Shown one piece after another: positions 8,392 to 19,466 of a DNA stretch of 64,000 nucleotides. Every line of letters starts with the position of its first letter. Position 1 is the first letter of the stretch. Where the stretch lies: assembly GCA_963707275.1 (NCBI GenBank), contig CAVPPH010000009.1:133790-197789 (forward strand), given 5' to 3'. Both the position numbers and the translations under genes were made by a program. Under the pieces are notes generated by a model. The model was given only the letters and a program-made list of their open reading frames with translations. It made no database searches and was not told where the DNA came from. The DNA comes from an uncultured Chloroflexia bacterium. GTDB taxonomy: Bacteria > Chloroflexota > Anaerolineae > JAAEKA01.

Positions 8392-9511
8392 TTATCCCTT
8401 GACCGATCCGGCCATCAGACCGCGCACGAAGAAGCGCTGCAGGCTGAAGAAGACGATCAGCGGCACGAGCATCGAGATGAAGGCGCCCGCGGTCAGGACC
8501 TGCCAGTCGTTGCCGCGCGAGCCGACCATTTCGGCGATACGCTGCGTCAGCACCTGCACATCGGGCTTCGACCCGATGAAGATCAGGGCGATCAGGTAGT
8601 CGTTCCAGACCCAGAGGAACTGGAAGATGGCGAACGACGCCAGCGCCGGCACCGACAGCGGCAGCACCAGGCGCATGAAGATGGTGAAGTGCGAGGCGCC
8701 ATCGATGAAGGCCGACTCCAGAATCTCGCGCGGCAGGGTGCTGATGTAATTGAACAACAGATAGGACGGCCAGCGGCAGGCCAAAGCCGGTATGCGCCAG
8801 CCAGATGCCCAGGAAGGTGCCGTTAAGGTCCAGCCCCACGTAGAGCTTCAGGATCGGCACCAGCGCGATCTGTAATGGCACGACCAGCAGCGCCACCACC
8901 ATGATGAACAACACCTTGCCGGCCGGGGAACTTCATCCACGCGAATCCATAGGCGGCAAACGCGGCGATCAGGATCGGTATCAGCGTCGCTGGTATCGAC
9001 ACGATGAGGCTGTTCAGGAACGCGTTGACGAAGTTGTCGCCCTGAACAGTGAGCGTTGAGCCGTCTGGTTGTTTGATCTGGAAGGTCTTGCCTCCCAGCA
9101 CCTGTCTGGTAGTTCTCCAGGGTGAAGTCGTGGTTGCCTCTCGTCCACTGCTGTTCCTGAACCACCACCTTGCCGATGCGCTTGTTGCCGATCCAGGTGA
9201 CGCGGACGTCGCCGGATGCGATGCCGGCGCGCAGTTCCTCGAACGTTCCGCTGACGCCCTCAAAGGTCATCACGCCGTCGCGATCGAGATCAGCTCCCGG
9301 TTGGAATCTCGGTGACTGTCACCCACTCCTGGTGCGGGAAGATGGTCCACCAGCCAGAGGTCTGGATGTCAAAGCGGGTGCGAAACGAGGAGACGAGCAG
9401 GCCAAACGTCGGGATCGACCAGACCAGCACGATCAGGACCAACGCGACGTTGACAAAGATCGCGCCCCAGGAGACTTTGCGTTTCTTCTTGGTTGCGGTT
9501 TGTGCGGTCAT
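8392..9511 (-). pseudogene. Carbohydrate ABC transporter permease (MalG-like), four +1 frame breaks
   Basis: Five ORF fragments chain into one permease. The C-terminal part is ESAFIDGASHFTIFMRLVLPLSVPALASFAIFQFLWVWNDYL. The start overlaps the upstream stop in an ATGA at 9511. Confidence 0.8.
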
Positions 9512-10654
9512 CAGAACGCCTCCGTTTCGCGGAACTGCTTCAGGTTGTAGATCATCACCGGGATCACGGTGATGAGCAACACGATGGCGATGGCCGTTGC
9601 CAGGCCCGAGTTGCGTGAGGTGAAGTACTCCCGGTAGAACTGGGTAGCGATCACCTGTGTGTCAAACTGGCCGCCCGTCATGACCTGGACGACATCGAAG
9701 ATCTTCAGCGTGAAGATCAACACTGTGGTCGTGACGGTGATGATCGTGCCGCTGATATAGGGGATCATGATGCGGAAGAAGACCTGCACCTCGGTGGCGC
9801 CGTCCACGCGGGCCGCTTCGGTGATGTCCGATGGAATGCCCTTGATCGCCGCCGAGAAGAGCACCATTGCGAAGCCGGTCTGTAGCCAGATCATGACCAC
9901 GATCAGGAAGAGGTTGTTCCAGCGGTTGGTTGGCGGCTGTCCATGCCTGCGGATTGTTGCCGGTGATGTTGGTATATAGCCAGTTCAGCACGCCGACGTT
10001 GGGGTTGATGTCGTAGATCATGTTCCAGATGACCGCCGCGCCGACCATAGAGATGGCCATCGGCATGAAGATCAGCGCCTTAGCAGTGCGCTCATACTTG
10101 CTGCGATCCGCCAACACGGCAATCAGCAGGCCCAGCACCACGGTGAACAGTGCGCCGAACGGTATCCAGAGCAGAATGTTGTTGCGGAACGCGACGAACA
10201 TGCTGCGATTGGTAAAGATCTCAACATAGTTTTGCAGGCCGACGAAGATCTCGCCGTTGCGGTCAAAGAGGCTCAACCGAAACGTCGCAATTGTCGGGTA
10301 AAGCAAGTAGACGATCAGGATTGCCACGGCTGGCCCGACGAAGACAAACGGCTGTATCTTCGCTCGCCATTCGTCGCCCAGCTTCTCGACCATCCAGTTG
10401 GACACGAGATAGAGTGCGGCTACACCTCCCACGCCCCAGATGATCGCGACGATGGCAACCACTCCTTTGGGCGCGTTGCTGTCGCGCAGGAAGATGAAAC
10501 CGAGGTAGAGTCCGATGAAGGTGACAATCGGGACGAAGAGGGAAATCAGAATGCGAACTGTGTTGGTGACCAGCCAGTCCAGCGTTCCGCGGGTTTTCAC
10601 CTCTTTGTCCCCCACCGGACGGTGTTTCTCGGTAGGTTCGGTGACTTGTTCCAT
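9511..10654 (-). pseudogene. Carbohydrate ABC transporter permease (MalF-like), one +1 frame break (~9900-9950)
   Basis: The N-terminal TM region comes from ORF 9662-10654. The EAA-loop part AARVDGATEVQVFFRIMIPYISG comes from ORF 9511-9900. Confidence 0.8.
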
Positions 10655-10820
10655 TGTTGTCTCTCCTGGTTATGTCGCTCAGGGGGGGCCTCTTTAATAC
10701 GGTGCTCGTACCAGGCCCTTGCAGATCATCAGACTATTCTCCACCGCGTGACAACTTCATGGCAGATTACAAAAGAGGGTAGCCCCGGCCGGGGCTACCC
10801 TCTCTATATGTGGCTTAAGC

Positions 10821-13602
10821 TTACTGCTGCGGCCAGGAGGCGTCGATCTCGGCCAGGACGGTGTCCAGGTCGGCCGCGCCGGAGAAGTAGTCAGTCATGC
10901 CCTTCCAGAAGGAGCCGGAGCCAACTGCGCCGGGCATCAGGTCGGAGCCGTCGAAGCGGACGCTGGTGGCGTCAGCCACGAGGCCGGCGAGGTCGGCTTC
11001 CAGCGGGCTGCCGTACCAGGAAAGATCGATGTCCTTCTGCATGCCCAGCGCGCCGCCGGCTGCCAGCCAGCCGCGGATGCCCTCGCCGGTCGAGAAGAAC
11101 TGCATGACGGCGCGCACTTCAGGCCGGTCCTCGGTGGCGGCCATGACGTCGCCGGCCACCAGGAAGGGGCTGCCGTAGGCTTCATCGACGCCAGGCAGGT
11201 AGAAGACGCCATAGTCCACACCGTACTCGCTGCCTTCGGGGAAGAAGGAGGTGATGAAGTTGCCCTGCTTGTGCATCCAGCAGCCGGGCGGATCTTCGAA
11301 CATCGGCGTCGGGGAGTCGCCGAAGAAGGTGGTGACGATGGCCGGCGTGCCGCCGTAGACCATGTCGCTGTTGTTCCAGATGTCGGCGAAGGTCTCGATG
11401 GCGTTCTTGACCTCAGGCGAGGAGAAAGGCAGCGTGCCAGCGACCCAGGCGTCGTAGTTCTCCAGGGAGGTGGTGCGCAGCATGAACTCCTCGGTCCAGT
11501 CGGTGGCGGGCCAGCCGGTGGCAGCGCCAAACTCGATGCCGACGCACCACGGGGTGTCGCCGTCGGAGACGATCTGGTCTTCGAGGGTCTTCAGCTCTTC
11601 CCAGGTGGTGGGAACTTCGTAGCCGGCGGCCTCGAAGGCGGCTCTTGGGATACCAGACCAGCGATTTACCGTTGAAGCGGTGCCAGACGCCGTATTCGGT
11701 GCCATCGATCGTGCCCATGTCGCGCCAGGACTGGAGGTAGTTCTGTGTCAGCCAGCTGTCAGGCACCTGGTCGGCGGTGGGAATGATCTTGCCCTGCTTG
11801 GCGAAGGTTGCCATCAGGCCAGGCTGCGGGAAGTCCACGATGTCAGGCGCATCGCCGGCATCCATGCGGACGCCGATGCTGGCCTCGAACTCTTTGGATC
11901 CCTCGTACTGGATGTCGATGCCGGTCGCTTCCTCGAACGCTGCTACCGAGCTCTCGAACTTGACCGCGTCCTCGTCGGTGAACGGGCCGGTCATCGATAC
12001 CACGGTGCCGCTGTAATCGCCGTTGTAGGCTGCTGCCAACTCGGTCAGACCCGCCGATGCGGCGCCTTCAGCGCTCGCGCCGACCGACTCGCCAGCAGGT
12101 GCTGCCGCGCCCGTGCCGCTGACGCTGGTAGCATCTTTCGGCCAGGAGGCGTCGATCTCGGCCAGGACGGTGTCCAGGTCGGCCGCGCCGGAGAAGTAGT
12201 CAGTCATGCCCTTCCAGAAGGAGCCGGAGCCAACTGCGCCGGGCATCAGGTCGGAGCCGTCGAAGCGGACGCTGGTCGCGCCAGCCACGAGACCGGCGAG
12301 GTCGGCTTCCAGCGGGCTGCCGTACCAGGCGAGATCGATGTCCTTCTGCATGCCCAGCGCACCGCCGGCTGCCAGCCAGCCGCGAACGCCTTCGCCGGTC
12401 GAGAAGAACTGCATCGTCGCGCACACTTCAGGCCGGTCCTCGGTGGCGGCCATGACGTCGCCGGCCACCAGGAAGGGGCTGCCGTAGGCTTCATCGACGC
12501 CAGGCAGGTAGAAGACGCCGTAGTCCTCACCGTACTGGACGCCTTCGGGGAAGAAGGAGGTGATGAAGTTGCCCTGCTTGTGCATCCAGCAGCCGGGCGG
12601 ATCTTCGAACATCGGCGTCGGGGAGTCGCCGAAGAAGGTGGTGACGATGGCCGGCGTGCCGCCGTAGACCATGTCGCTGTTGTTCCAGGTGTCGGCGAAG
12701 GTCTCGATGGCGTTCTTGACCTCAGGCGAGGAGAAGGGCAGCGTGCCGGCGACCCAGGCGTCGTAGTTCTCCAGGGAGGTGGTGCGCAGCATGAACTCCT
12801 CGGTCCAGTCGGTGGCGGGCCAGCCGGTGGCAGCGCCAAACTCGATGCCGACGCACCACGGGGTGTCGCCGTCGGAGACGATCTGGTCTTCGAGGGCCTT
12901 CAGCTCTTCCCAGGTGGTGGGAACTGCGTAGCCAGCGGCCTCGAAAGCCTTCTTGGGATACCAGACCAACGACTTGGCGTTGAAGCGGTGCCAGACGCCG
13001 TATTCGGTGCCATCGACCGTGCCCATGTCGCGCCAGGACTGGAGGTAGTTCTGCGCCAGCCAGCTATCAGGCACCTGGTCAGTGGTGGGAATGATCTTGC
13101 CCTGCTTGGCGAAGGTTGCCATCAGGCCGGGCTGCGGGAAGTCCACGATGTCAGGCGCATCGCCGGCATCCATGCGGACGCCGATGCTGGCCTCGAACTC
13201 TTTGGATCCCTCGTACTGGATGTCGATGCCGGTCGCTGCTTCGAACGCTGCCACCGAGCTCTCGAACTTGACCTGGTCCTCGTCGGTGAACGGGCCGGTC
13301 ATTGACACGACAGTCCCCTGCATATTGCCGTTGTAGGCGTCTGCGAGACAGGTCAGACCGACCGAGGCGGCGCCTTCAGCGCTCGCGCCGACCGACATCA
13401 TGTCGCCGCCGGTTTCGGCAGGCGCTGTGGTCGGCTGCTCGGCCGGGGCCGCGGTGGGCGCTTCGGCAGGCGCTGTGGTCGGCTGCTCGGCCGGAGCTGT
13501 TGTGGGAGCAGCGGTTGGTTCGTCCGCACCGCCGCCGCAGGCAGCCAGCAGCATGCTGGCCAGCAGGGCGAGGGTGAGCAGTACAAAAAAGTGTCTCTTC
13601 AT
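10821..13602 (-). pseudogene. Lipoprotein made of two fused family-1 sugar-binding modules (about 925 aa), one +1 frame break (~11655-11665)
   Basis: Lipobox LLAAC, then a PT-rich linker, module A, the linker KDATSVSGTGAAAPAGES, then module B. ORFs 11413-13602 and 10821-11705 join at ...SLVWYPK/AFEAAGYEVPTTWEELK. Confidence 0.8.
10831..13395. repeat. Tandem direct duplication, two units offset by 1309 nt (1308 plus the inserted base)
   Basis: GGCCAGGAGGCGTCGATCTCGGCCAGGACGG occurs at 10831 and 12140. The copies are near-identical but differ at scattered sites (GSEYGVDYG vs GVQYGEDYG, ADIWNN vs ADTWNN). Confidence 0.85.
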
Positions 13603-13623
13603 TGGTAGGTGTCTCCTCCGTGG

Positions 13624-13651
13624 AGTTTCAAATTGAACACGAACGTTTCAT
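13624..13651. promoter_or_regulatory. Candidate LacI-family operator cluster upstream of the binding-protein gene
   Basis: GTTTCAaatTGAACacGAACGTTTCA. It has a GTTTCA/TGAAC dyad and a central AACGTT palindrome, 22-50 nt upstream of the start at 13602. Confidence 0.25.
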
Positions 13652-13730
13652 CGACTGTTGTGGGCATTACGCCGAAGTGATCTATGCTGCAAGCCTCCTT
13701 TCTAAAGCTGAACACGTCTGTCGTTGAAGC

Positions 13731-14705
13731 TCAGACTGGTGCTGTCGGGCGCAGCGTCTGCTTTGTTTGGTGATAGAGCGCCTGACGATCGACAGAGCTT
13801 GGCAGTGGACCGACCCGCTGCAGCTTCTGCGCTACCACTGCTTGTGCAACGTGGGCGCAGAAGACGGGATCGTGCCCATCCAGCAAGCTGACAACATACC
13901 CTGCCCAGAAGGCATCGCCGGCGCCGGTAGCGTCGACAACCTGCACGGGCAGCGCAGGGATGTGAGTTAAGTAACCCTCTTGCGAGACGATCACGCCGTT
14001 CTTTCCCATGGTGAGGATCACCAGCCGCGGGCCCCAGGCATGGAAACGTTCGATGTAAGCTTCTGGCTGCAAGCCCTCGCCGAACAGCCGGCTGGCGTCG
14101 TCCAGTGACGGTTTGGTGACCGTCGCCAGGGCGTACAACTCCTGCAGTGCCGCCATGGCCTCACGCTGATCCGGCCACACCCGCGGGCTGTAGTTCGGGT
14201 CCAGCGAGATCAGCTTGCCGTGCTGCCGGGCCAGCTCAAAGGCGTGCATAACGGCGTCGCGGCACGGCTGGCGGCTGAGTGCAAAGGTCGATGCGTGTAC
14301 CATGCGGCTGCGCAGGATCGCTTCCTCGGACACCTCGTCGGGCATCAGCTCGGCGTCGCCGGCGCGAAACGCCTCGAAGTCGGGCGTGCCGGTGGTGCGC
14401 GATACGAACACAACGGATGTGTGCACCCGGTGATCCATCACCAGATAGTCGGTGATGACGCCGACGCGCTTGAGTTCAGCCTTGCAAAACTTGCCGAACG
14501 CGCCGATGCCGGTCTTGGCGATGATGGCCGAGGCGCCGCCCAGCCGCGCCACGTTGCCGGCGATGTTGCCCGGCGAGCCGCCCTGATAGCGGCGAAAGGT
14601 CTCGGCCTCGCCCAGCGACGGCACGTCTTCCTCGGAGATGAAGTCGATCAGGACTTCGCCGATGGCCAGCAGGTCGATGTCGCCTGACGGGATACGCAGA
14701 TCCAT
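13731..14705 (-). CDS. PfkB-family carbohydrate kinase (fructokinase-like)
   Basis: 324 aa, intact. Motifs are GGSPGNIAGNVARLGG and DATGAGDAFWAG. Confidence 0.85.
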   Translation of the reverse strand: MDLRIPSGDIDLLAIGEVLIDFISEEDVPSLGEAETFRRYQGGSPGNIAGNVARLGGASAIIAKTGIGAFGKFCKAELKRVGVITDYLVMDHRVHTSVVFVSRTTGTPDFEAFRAGDAELMPDEVSEEAILRSRMVHASTFALSRQPCRDAVMHAFELARQHGKLISLDPNYSPRVWPDQREAMAALQELYALATVTKPSLDDASRLFGEGLQPEAYIERFHAWGPRLVILTMGKNGVIVSQEGYLTHIPALPVQVVDATGAGDAFWAGYVVSLLDGHDPVFCAHVAQAVVAQKLQRVGPLPSSVDRQALYHQTKQTLRPTAPV

Positions 14706-14706
14706 G

Positions 14707-16228
14707 TTACATCTGACCCGTGTAAATGGCAGCCAGGTCGGCAGTCGTGAAGTCGTTCGCCGGGTCGGGCTGCATGAAATAAGGCGGGATCGGCAGCCGC
14801 TGATCGGTCCGGTCTGCTGGCCGGCTTGCGATGATCTCTTCCAGCGCCGTCGCGTAGCCGGCCGCAGTCCGGTCCCAGGTGTAGCGGTCCAGCACGCGGC
14901 CGCGTCCTGCCTCGGAATAACGCTGCCAGGCCCTAGGGCTTTCGACGACCTGCATCACGCCCCTGGCAACGTCGTCCGGGTCAGCGGGATCGATCAGCAC
15001 GCCAAAAGCCACGCCGTTCTCGAACAGGCTCTCGCTGGGGCCGCCGTTTCTGGTGACCACGGCCGGCAGCCCGGCAGCCATTGCCTCCAGCGGCGCCAGG
15101 CCAAAAGGCTCGTGGAAGGCCGGCAGGCAAAACAGGCTGTGGCGTCCGGTCAGGTAGCGGTAGGCTGCCGCCAGCTCCGCCTGGCCTTCCAGCGGAAAGG
15201 CAGACACCTTGCCCCATAGACCAGCCTCGTCGCACAGGGCGGCCATCTGGTCCAGCAACTCGCGCGCCTCGCCGGTGAAGCGGTCGCGTTTCGAGAAGCG
15301 CGTTGTCCGCGCCGCGCACGACGATGCCGACGTTGGCCCGCGCCTGCAACTCAGGATGCTCCGCAAAGGCCCGCAGCAGGGCGATGTGGTTTTTCTTGTG
15401 ATCAACCCGGCTGGAGAGCAGGATGATCGGCAGATCGCGCCGCCCTGCGTCGATATCACGCGCGATGACCGTCTCCAGAAATGCGGCGGTTGCTTCCTCG
15501 CGGTCGTTGCGGCTGGTAGCGTCGAACACGGAAAGGTTGACGCCGGGCGGGATCACGGCAAACTTGCTATCGTCGTCTGGATCGACGGCCGCGCGATAGG
15601 CCGGGTGGCCGTACTGCTCGAAGCGCTCCTCGCGCGTACTGGTGATGACCTTGCCGGCCCGGTTCATGGCCAGCCGCTCGCCCGCCAGTCGCTGCGCAAA
15701 ATGGAAGCGCTGGTTTAGCGGCGCCAACGCCTCGTCGCTCAGATCCTCCGAAGCCTCGCCCAGCAGCTTGTCCAGCTTCTGTGCGCCCAGCGAATGGCCG
15801 GTGAACGTGAACGGGATGCCAGTACGCGCTTCCAGCAGTGCGCCCACCAGCCCGCCGTCGCCGTAGTGGGTCGTCATGCCATCTGGTAACCGGCCCTCGT
15901 TGTAGTAAAACGCCTCGATGTTGGGCACCCATTCCCGCACAAGATACGGCCACAACTCTTCTTTGGCCAGGAACGCGTCGCCGCCGCAGGCGATGCGAAC
16001 GATCCGTACGTTGGGGTGTCCCGCGTAGCTGTCGATCATGGCGGCGAACTGCGGCCAGGCGGGATCGATGATGCGCCGGGTAACGATGTCGATTTGGTGG
16101 CCCTGGGCCGCCATGGCCAGCGCGGTTTCTTTGACATAAACCAACTGGCCGCCGAAGTCTGGATGCTGTGTCCAGTGACTATCGGCGGGATCAAAGTTGC
16201 CCTGTGGGTTGAGAAATGCGATGTGCAT
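14707..16228 (-). pseudogene. Sucrose-phosphate synthase-type GT4 glucosyltransferase (no phosphatase domain), one +1 frame break (~15298)
   Basis: N-terminus is MHIAFLNPQGNFDPADSHWTQHPDFGGQLVYVKE. The C-terminal part is EPFGLAPLEAMAAGLPAVVTRNGGP. The fragments join at GADNA/FSKRDRFTGEAREL. Confidence 0.75.
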
Positions 16229-16244
16229 GGGTGTGTCGTGCTGG

Positions 16245-17277
16245 CTAAAGTTGTGCTAAATGGATCGGCCGGGCGGTGGTGTTGCGTTCCAACACATGCA
16301 CCGGCAATTGCTGCCGCACCGGTTCTGGTGTCACAGACGGTTCGGAGCCGTCAATGCTCTGAAGCAGCAGATCGACGCTACGCAGGCCAGAGTCGAAGAG
16401 CGGCTGGTGGACCGTGGTCAGGTTGAGAAATTCGGCCATTTCCACGTCGTCATAGCCGATCACCGACAACTGCTGGGGAACCTGGATGCCGCGCTCCTTG
16501 GCGGCTTGCAGCACCCCGAACGCCTGGGTGTCGCTGGCGGCAAAGATCGCGGTGGGTGGCTCTTCCAGATCCAGCAGCCGGTGGGCCAGGAGGCGGGCCG
16601 ACTCGCGCCCGTGCTCGCCCGCCTGATAGAACTCAGGATTGAACACGATGCCGTGATCCTTCAACGCGCGACACATACCTTCATAGCGATTGCGGCTGGA
16701 GCGGAAGTTGAAAGCTGTGTGGATTGGGTCGCCGATGAACCCGATGTCAGTGTGCCCAAGCTTGATCAAGTGTTCGGTCGCCTGGTACCCGCCGCTGATG
16801 TCGTCAACGATGATGCAGGGGAGCGTCGGGTGCGAGGTGTCTACCAGTACGACCGGCACGCCGGCGGTGGCCCAGCGATCCACGTCCTCATCCGCCGGCG
16901 TCAGCGAGATCACGATCAGACCGTCGACGCGGTTAGCCGAGGCTGTGCTACGGAAGCACTCATCGCGGCGGGAGGGGGTCTCTACGTTGTAGACCATCAG
17001 ATCATATTCGCTGTCGGCAATCACAGATTCGATGCCGCGCAGCCGCTCAACTACAGAAGGACGGGTGAAGTAGACTGCCAGGACGCCAATGGACAGAGTT
17101 TTGCGGAGGGAAAGACGTTGCGCGATGGGACTCGGATGAAAGTTCAGTCTTTCGATGACCTGCAAGAACTCGTTGTCGGGTCTCGCTGCTGACACGCGGG
17201 TTGTTGTTGACGACACGGGAAACCGTGCCAACACCCACGCCAGCCTCCTTGGCCACATCGTAAATCGTAACCGGCAC
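16245..17277 (-). pseudogene. LacI-family transcriptional regulator, one +1 frame break (17166)
   Basis: [26 protein letters not shown], then [19 protein letters not shown] and a periplasmic-binding-fold domain. There is an extra C in GTTCTTGCAG. Confidence 0.8.
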
Positions 17278-17592
17278 TGGGGCGTTCTCCGTCGAACTTG
17301 TGAGACAATGGCGTCTGTGGAACCGGTTCCAATTCTAACACAGGTAGGAGTCGTTGTCAAGCCAAAATCGCGCGATCCAGTGTATTTCCAATGGATGTAT
17401 GCACAGCCGGATGATAGGCCCCAGTGGATCGAACACGTGCACCTGCTGCGCACATGCGGGTGTCCACTGTCTGAGACTACAAAGGCCTCTCATTACCCGG
17501 CTCAACAGGGCAGGGCCTGGGAAGCGATGGTCTCAGCGGCTGAGGCCGATTTGTGCGTTCAGCCAGGAATTTCGAATTCCTGGGAGCGGCGG

Positions 17593-18180
17593 TTATCCGT
17601 GCCTTGTCCAGAGTTCCCCCAGATCGTAGGTTTGGCTCAATCGCAGGCAGGCAGAGTCGAACTGCCGTCGATGCAGCGGGTGCAGCGTCGTCAGGTTCTC
17701 GGTAGTCATGATCAAAGCGTCCTCGCCGTCGTCCACATAGTAACGCTTGCGCCGACCTGCGACGCTGAACCCCAGGCGCTTATACAGCCGTTGCGCGCGG
17801 ACGTTGCTGGGACGGACCTCCAGCGTGCAGGTCGCGGCCCCCAGTTTGCGCATACTGTCCAGAACATACAGCAGCAGCAGTTCTCCCAGCCCCTTGCCCT
17901 GAAACGCGTGCATCACCGCGATGTTCATCAGGTGGGCTTCGTCAACGATGATCCAGGTGCCTGCATAGCCCAGCACCTTGCCCGGCGACCCGCGCATCGC
18001 GGCTTTCTCCGGCTCGTCGTGCAGCGTCAGGACGATGAATTGCGCCAGTGGGTTATCCAACTGGCGCGAAAAGGCGCTGCGCGGCCACGGATCGCCGGGA
18101 AACACCGCCTCCTCGATGGCCAGCACCTGTGGCAGGTCCACTTCCCGCATCGGGCGGATGGTTAACTGTGGTCGGCTCAC
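17593..18180 (-). CDS. rimI: Ribosomal-protein-alanine N-acetyltransferase RimI
   Basis: 195 aa GNAT (NIAVMHAFQGKGLGELLL). It has a 4-nt overlap with tsaB, in the usual tsaE-tsaB-rimI order. Confidence 0.8.
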   Translation of the reverse strand: MSRPQLTIRPMREVDLPQVLAIEEAVFPGDPWPRSAFSRQLDNPLAQFIVLTLHDEPEKAAMRGSPGKVLGYAGTWIIVDEAHLMNIAVMHAFQGKGLGELLLLYVLDSMRKLGAATCTLEVRPSNVRAQRLYKRLGFSVAGRRKRYYVDDGEDALIMTTENLTTLHPLHRRQFDSACLRLSQTYDLGELWTRHG

Positions 18181-18867
18181 GGTTCTTGCAGGTAGATTGG
18201 CGCGAGGCTGGCAGCGTCGTCCAGATCGCCGGCGCGCCAGCGCAACCAGCCCAGCGCGGCAATGGCTGCCGCCCGCCGCCCGCTCACTGCCGGTTCCGGC
18301 AGATCAACCCGGCCGGCCAGCAGCGTTTTAAGGATTTCGTGTAGCTTCAGTGGTATCTCGCCGACCAGCAGGGCCGGCTCCCTCAGCGCGTCAGCCAGCG
18401 CCTGAACGTCGCTCAGCCGGTAATCGCTGCGCCAGCCTTGCCAAGTCCCGAAGGGAACTGGAATGTGACGTGCGTTGTCCGGCGTCGCGCTGTAGCTTGC
18501 CCAGTAAACGCGGCCGCGGCCGGCGGGCGCGACTGCAACCACCTGTCTGCCTGACGCCACAAAGGGCAGCGCGCTGGCGTCCAGCGTCGGCACGCCCAGC
18601 AGCGACGTCCCGTGGGCGACTGCCATTCCCTTGGCGATGCTCAGCGCAATCCGCAGACCGGTGAACGACCCCGGCCCCAGGCTGACTGCCACCGACTGTA
18701 TATCGCCGGGCGACAGTCCGTGCCACGCCAGAATCTGGCTCAGCCGCGGCAGCAGTTCGACGGTCTGGCTGTCGATGGATGTCCAGTTCAGCTCGGCGAC
18801 CAGAGTTCTGGTCGTCAAGCAGAGCGATGCCGCTCTGGCGGGTGGCGGTGTCGAGGGCTAGCAGCAT
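18177..18867 (-). pseudogene. tsaB: tRNA t6A biosynthesis protein TsaB, one +1 frame break (~18806)
   Basis: MLLALDTATRQSGIALLDDQ, then TLVAELNW...GPGSFTGLRIALSIAKG. There is an extra A in CAGAACTCTGG. Confidence 0.8.
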
Positions 18868-18872
18868 GCTGT

Positions 18873-19353
18873 TCAAGCTCCTGCGGCGGCTTGCGCCAGC
18901 GTTGTCATCAGCGCGCGCGCGTGGTCCGTCGGCGCTGATGACCATGCTGCGCTCCAGGTCATCGGTTGCGACCAGTTCGATGCGCAGGGTCTCATCGGGC
19001 AACAGACGCTCGATCCGTTCGGCCCACTCGACGACGGCGACCCCTGGCCCCTCCATCATCTCATCCAGGCCGATGCTTTCAGCTTCTGCCGCCGCCGCAT
19101 CGCCCAGCCGGTAGCAGTCGGCGTGGTAGAGCTGGAAGCCGCGGGCAGTGGCGTACTCGGCGACCAGGATGAAGGTCGGGCTGGTGACGGGATCAGTGAT
19201 GCCCAGCCCGCGCGCAATGCCGCGCGTCAGGCAGGTCTTGCCCGCGCCCAGATCGCCGCTCAGCGCGACCACATCGCCAGGCTGCAAAAGACGGCCCAGC
19301 GCTTCGCCGATCAATTCGGTCTCTTCTGTGCTGTGTGATACAAGGGTAGTCAT
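18873..19353 (-). pseudogene. tsaE: tRNA t6A biosynthesis ATPase TsaE, probable +1 frame break in a (CG)n run (~18905-18915)
   Basis: P-loop GDLGAGKTCLTRGIARG. As given, the frame runs straight into tsaB. Shifting one base in CGCGCGCGCGC gives ...PRARALMTTLAQAAAGA-stop at 18873, 5 nt before the tsaB ATG. The start could instead be GTG 19368. Confidence 0.65.
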
Positions 19354-19466
19354 GGTTGGTGCTGCCACCGATTATACATTTGCGTGCGGTCATCGCCAAT
19401 CGGCGAGCGTGGATGGCGGCGTTTTGTATTTGCGATTCACAATTCGCTGGTGGTATATTGCGTTGT

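Noticed and set aside
10831-13395. The 1.3-kb tandem duplication as a pure assembly artefact
   Set aside because: The copies differ at scattered positions, including amino-acid changes. The join is an in-frame linker and only copy A carries the lipoprotein signal. Read-level confirmation is still needed, so it is kept as a finding.
18873-19353. A genuine TsaE-TsaB fusion protein
   Set aside because: A one-base shift in a CG dinucleotide run restores a plausible TsaE C-terminus, a stop, and an RBS 5 nt upstream of the tsaB ATG. The window is full of +1 insertions.
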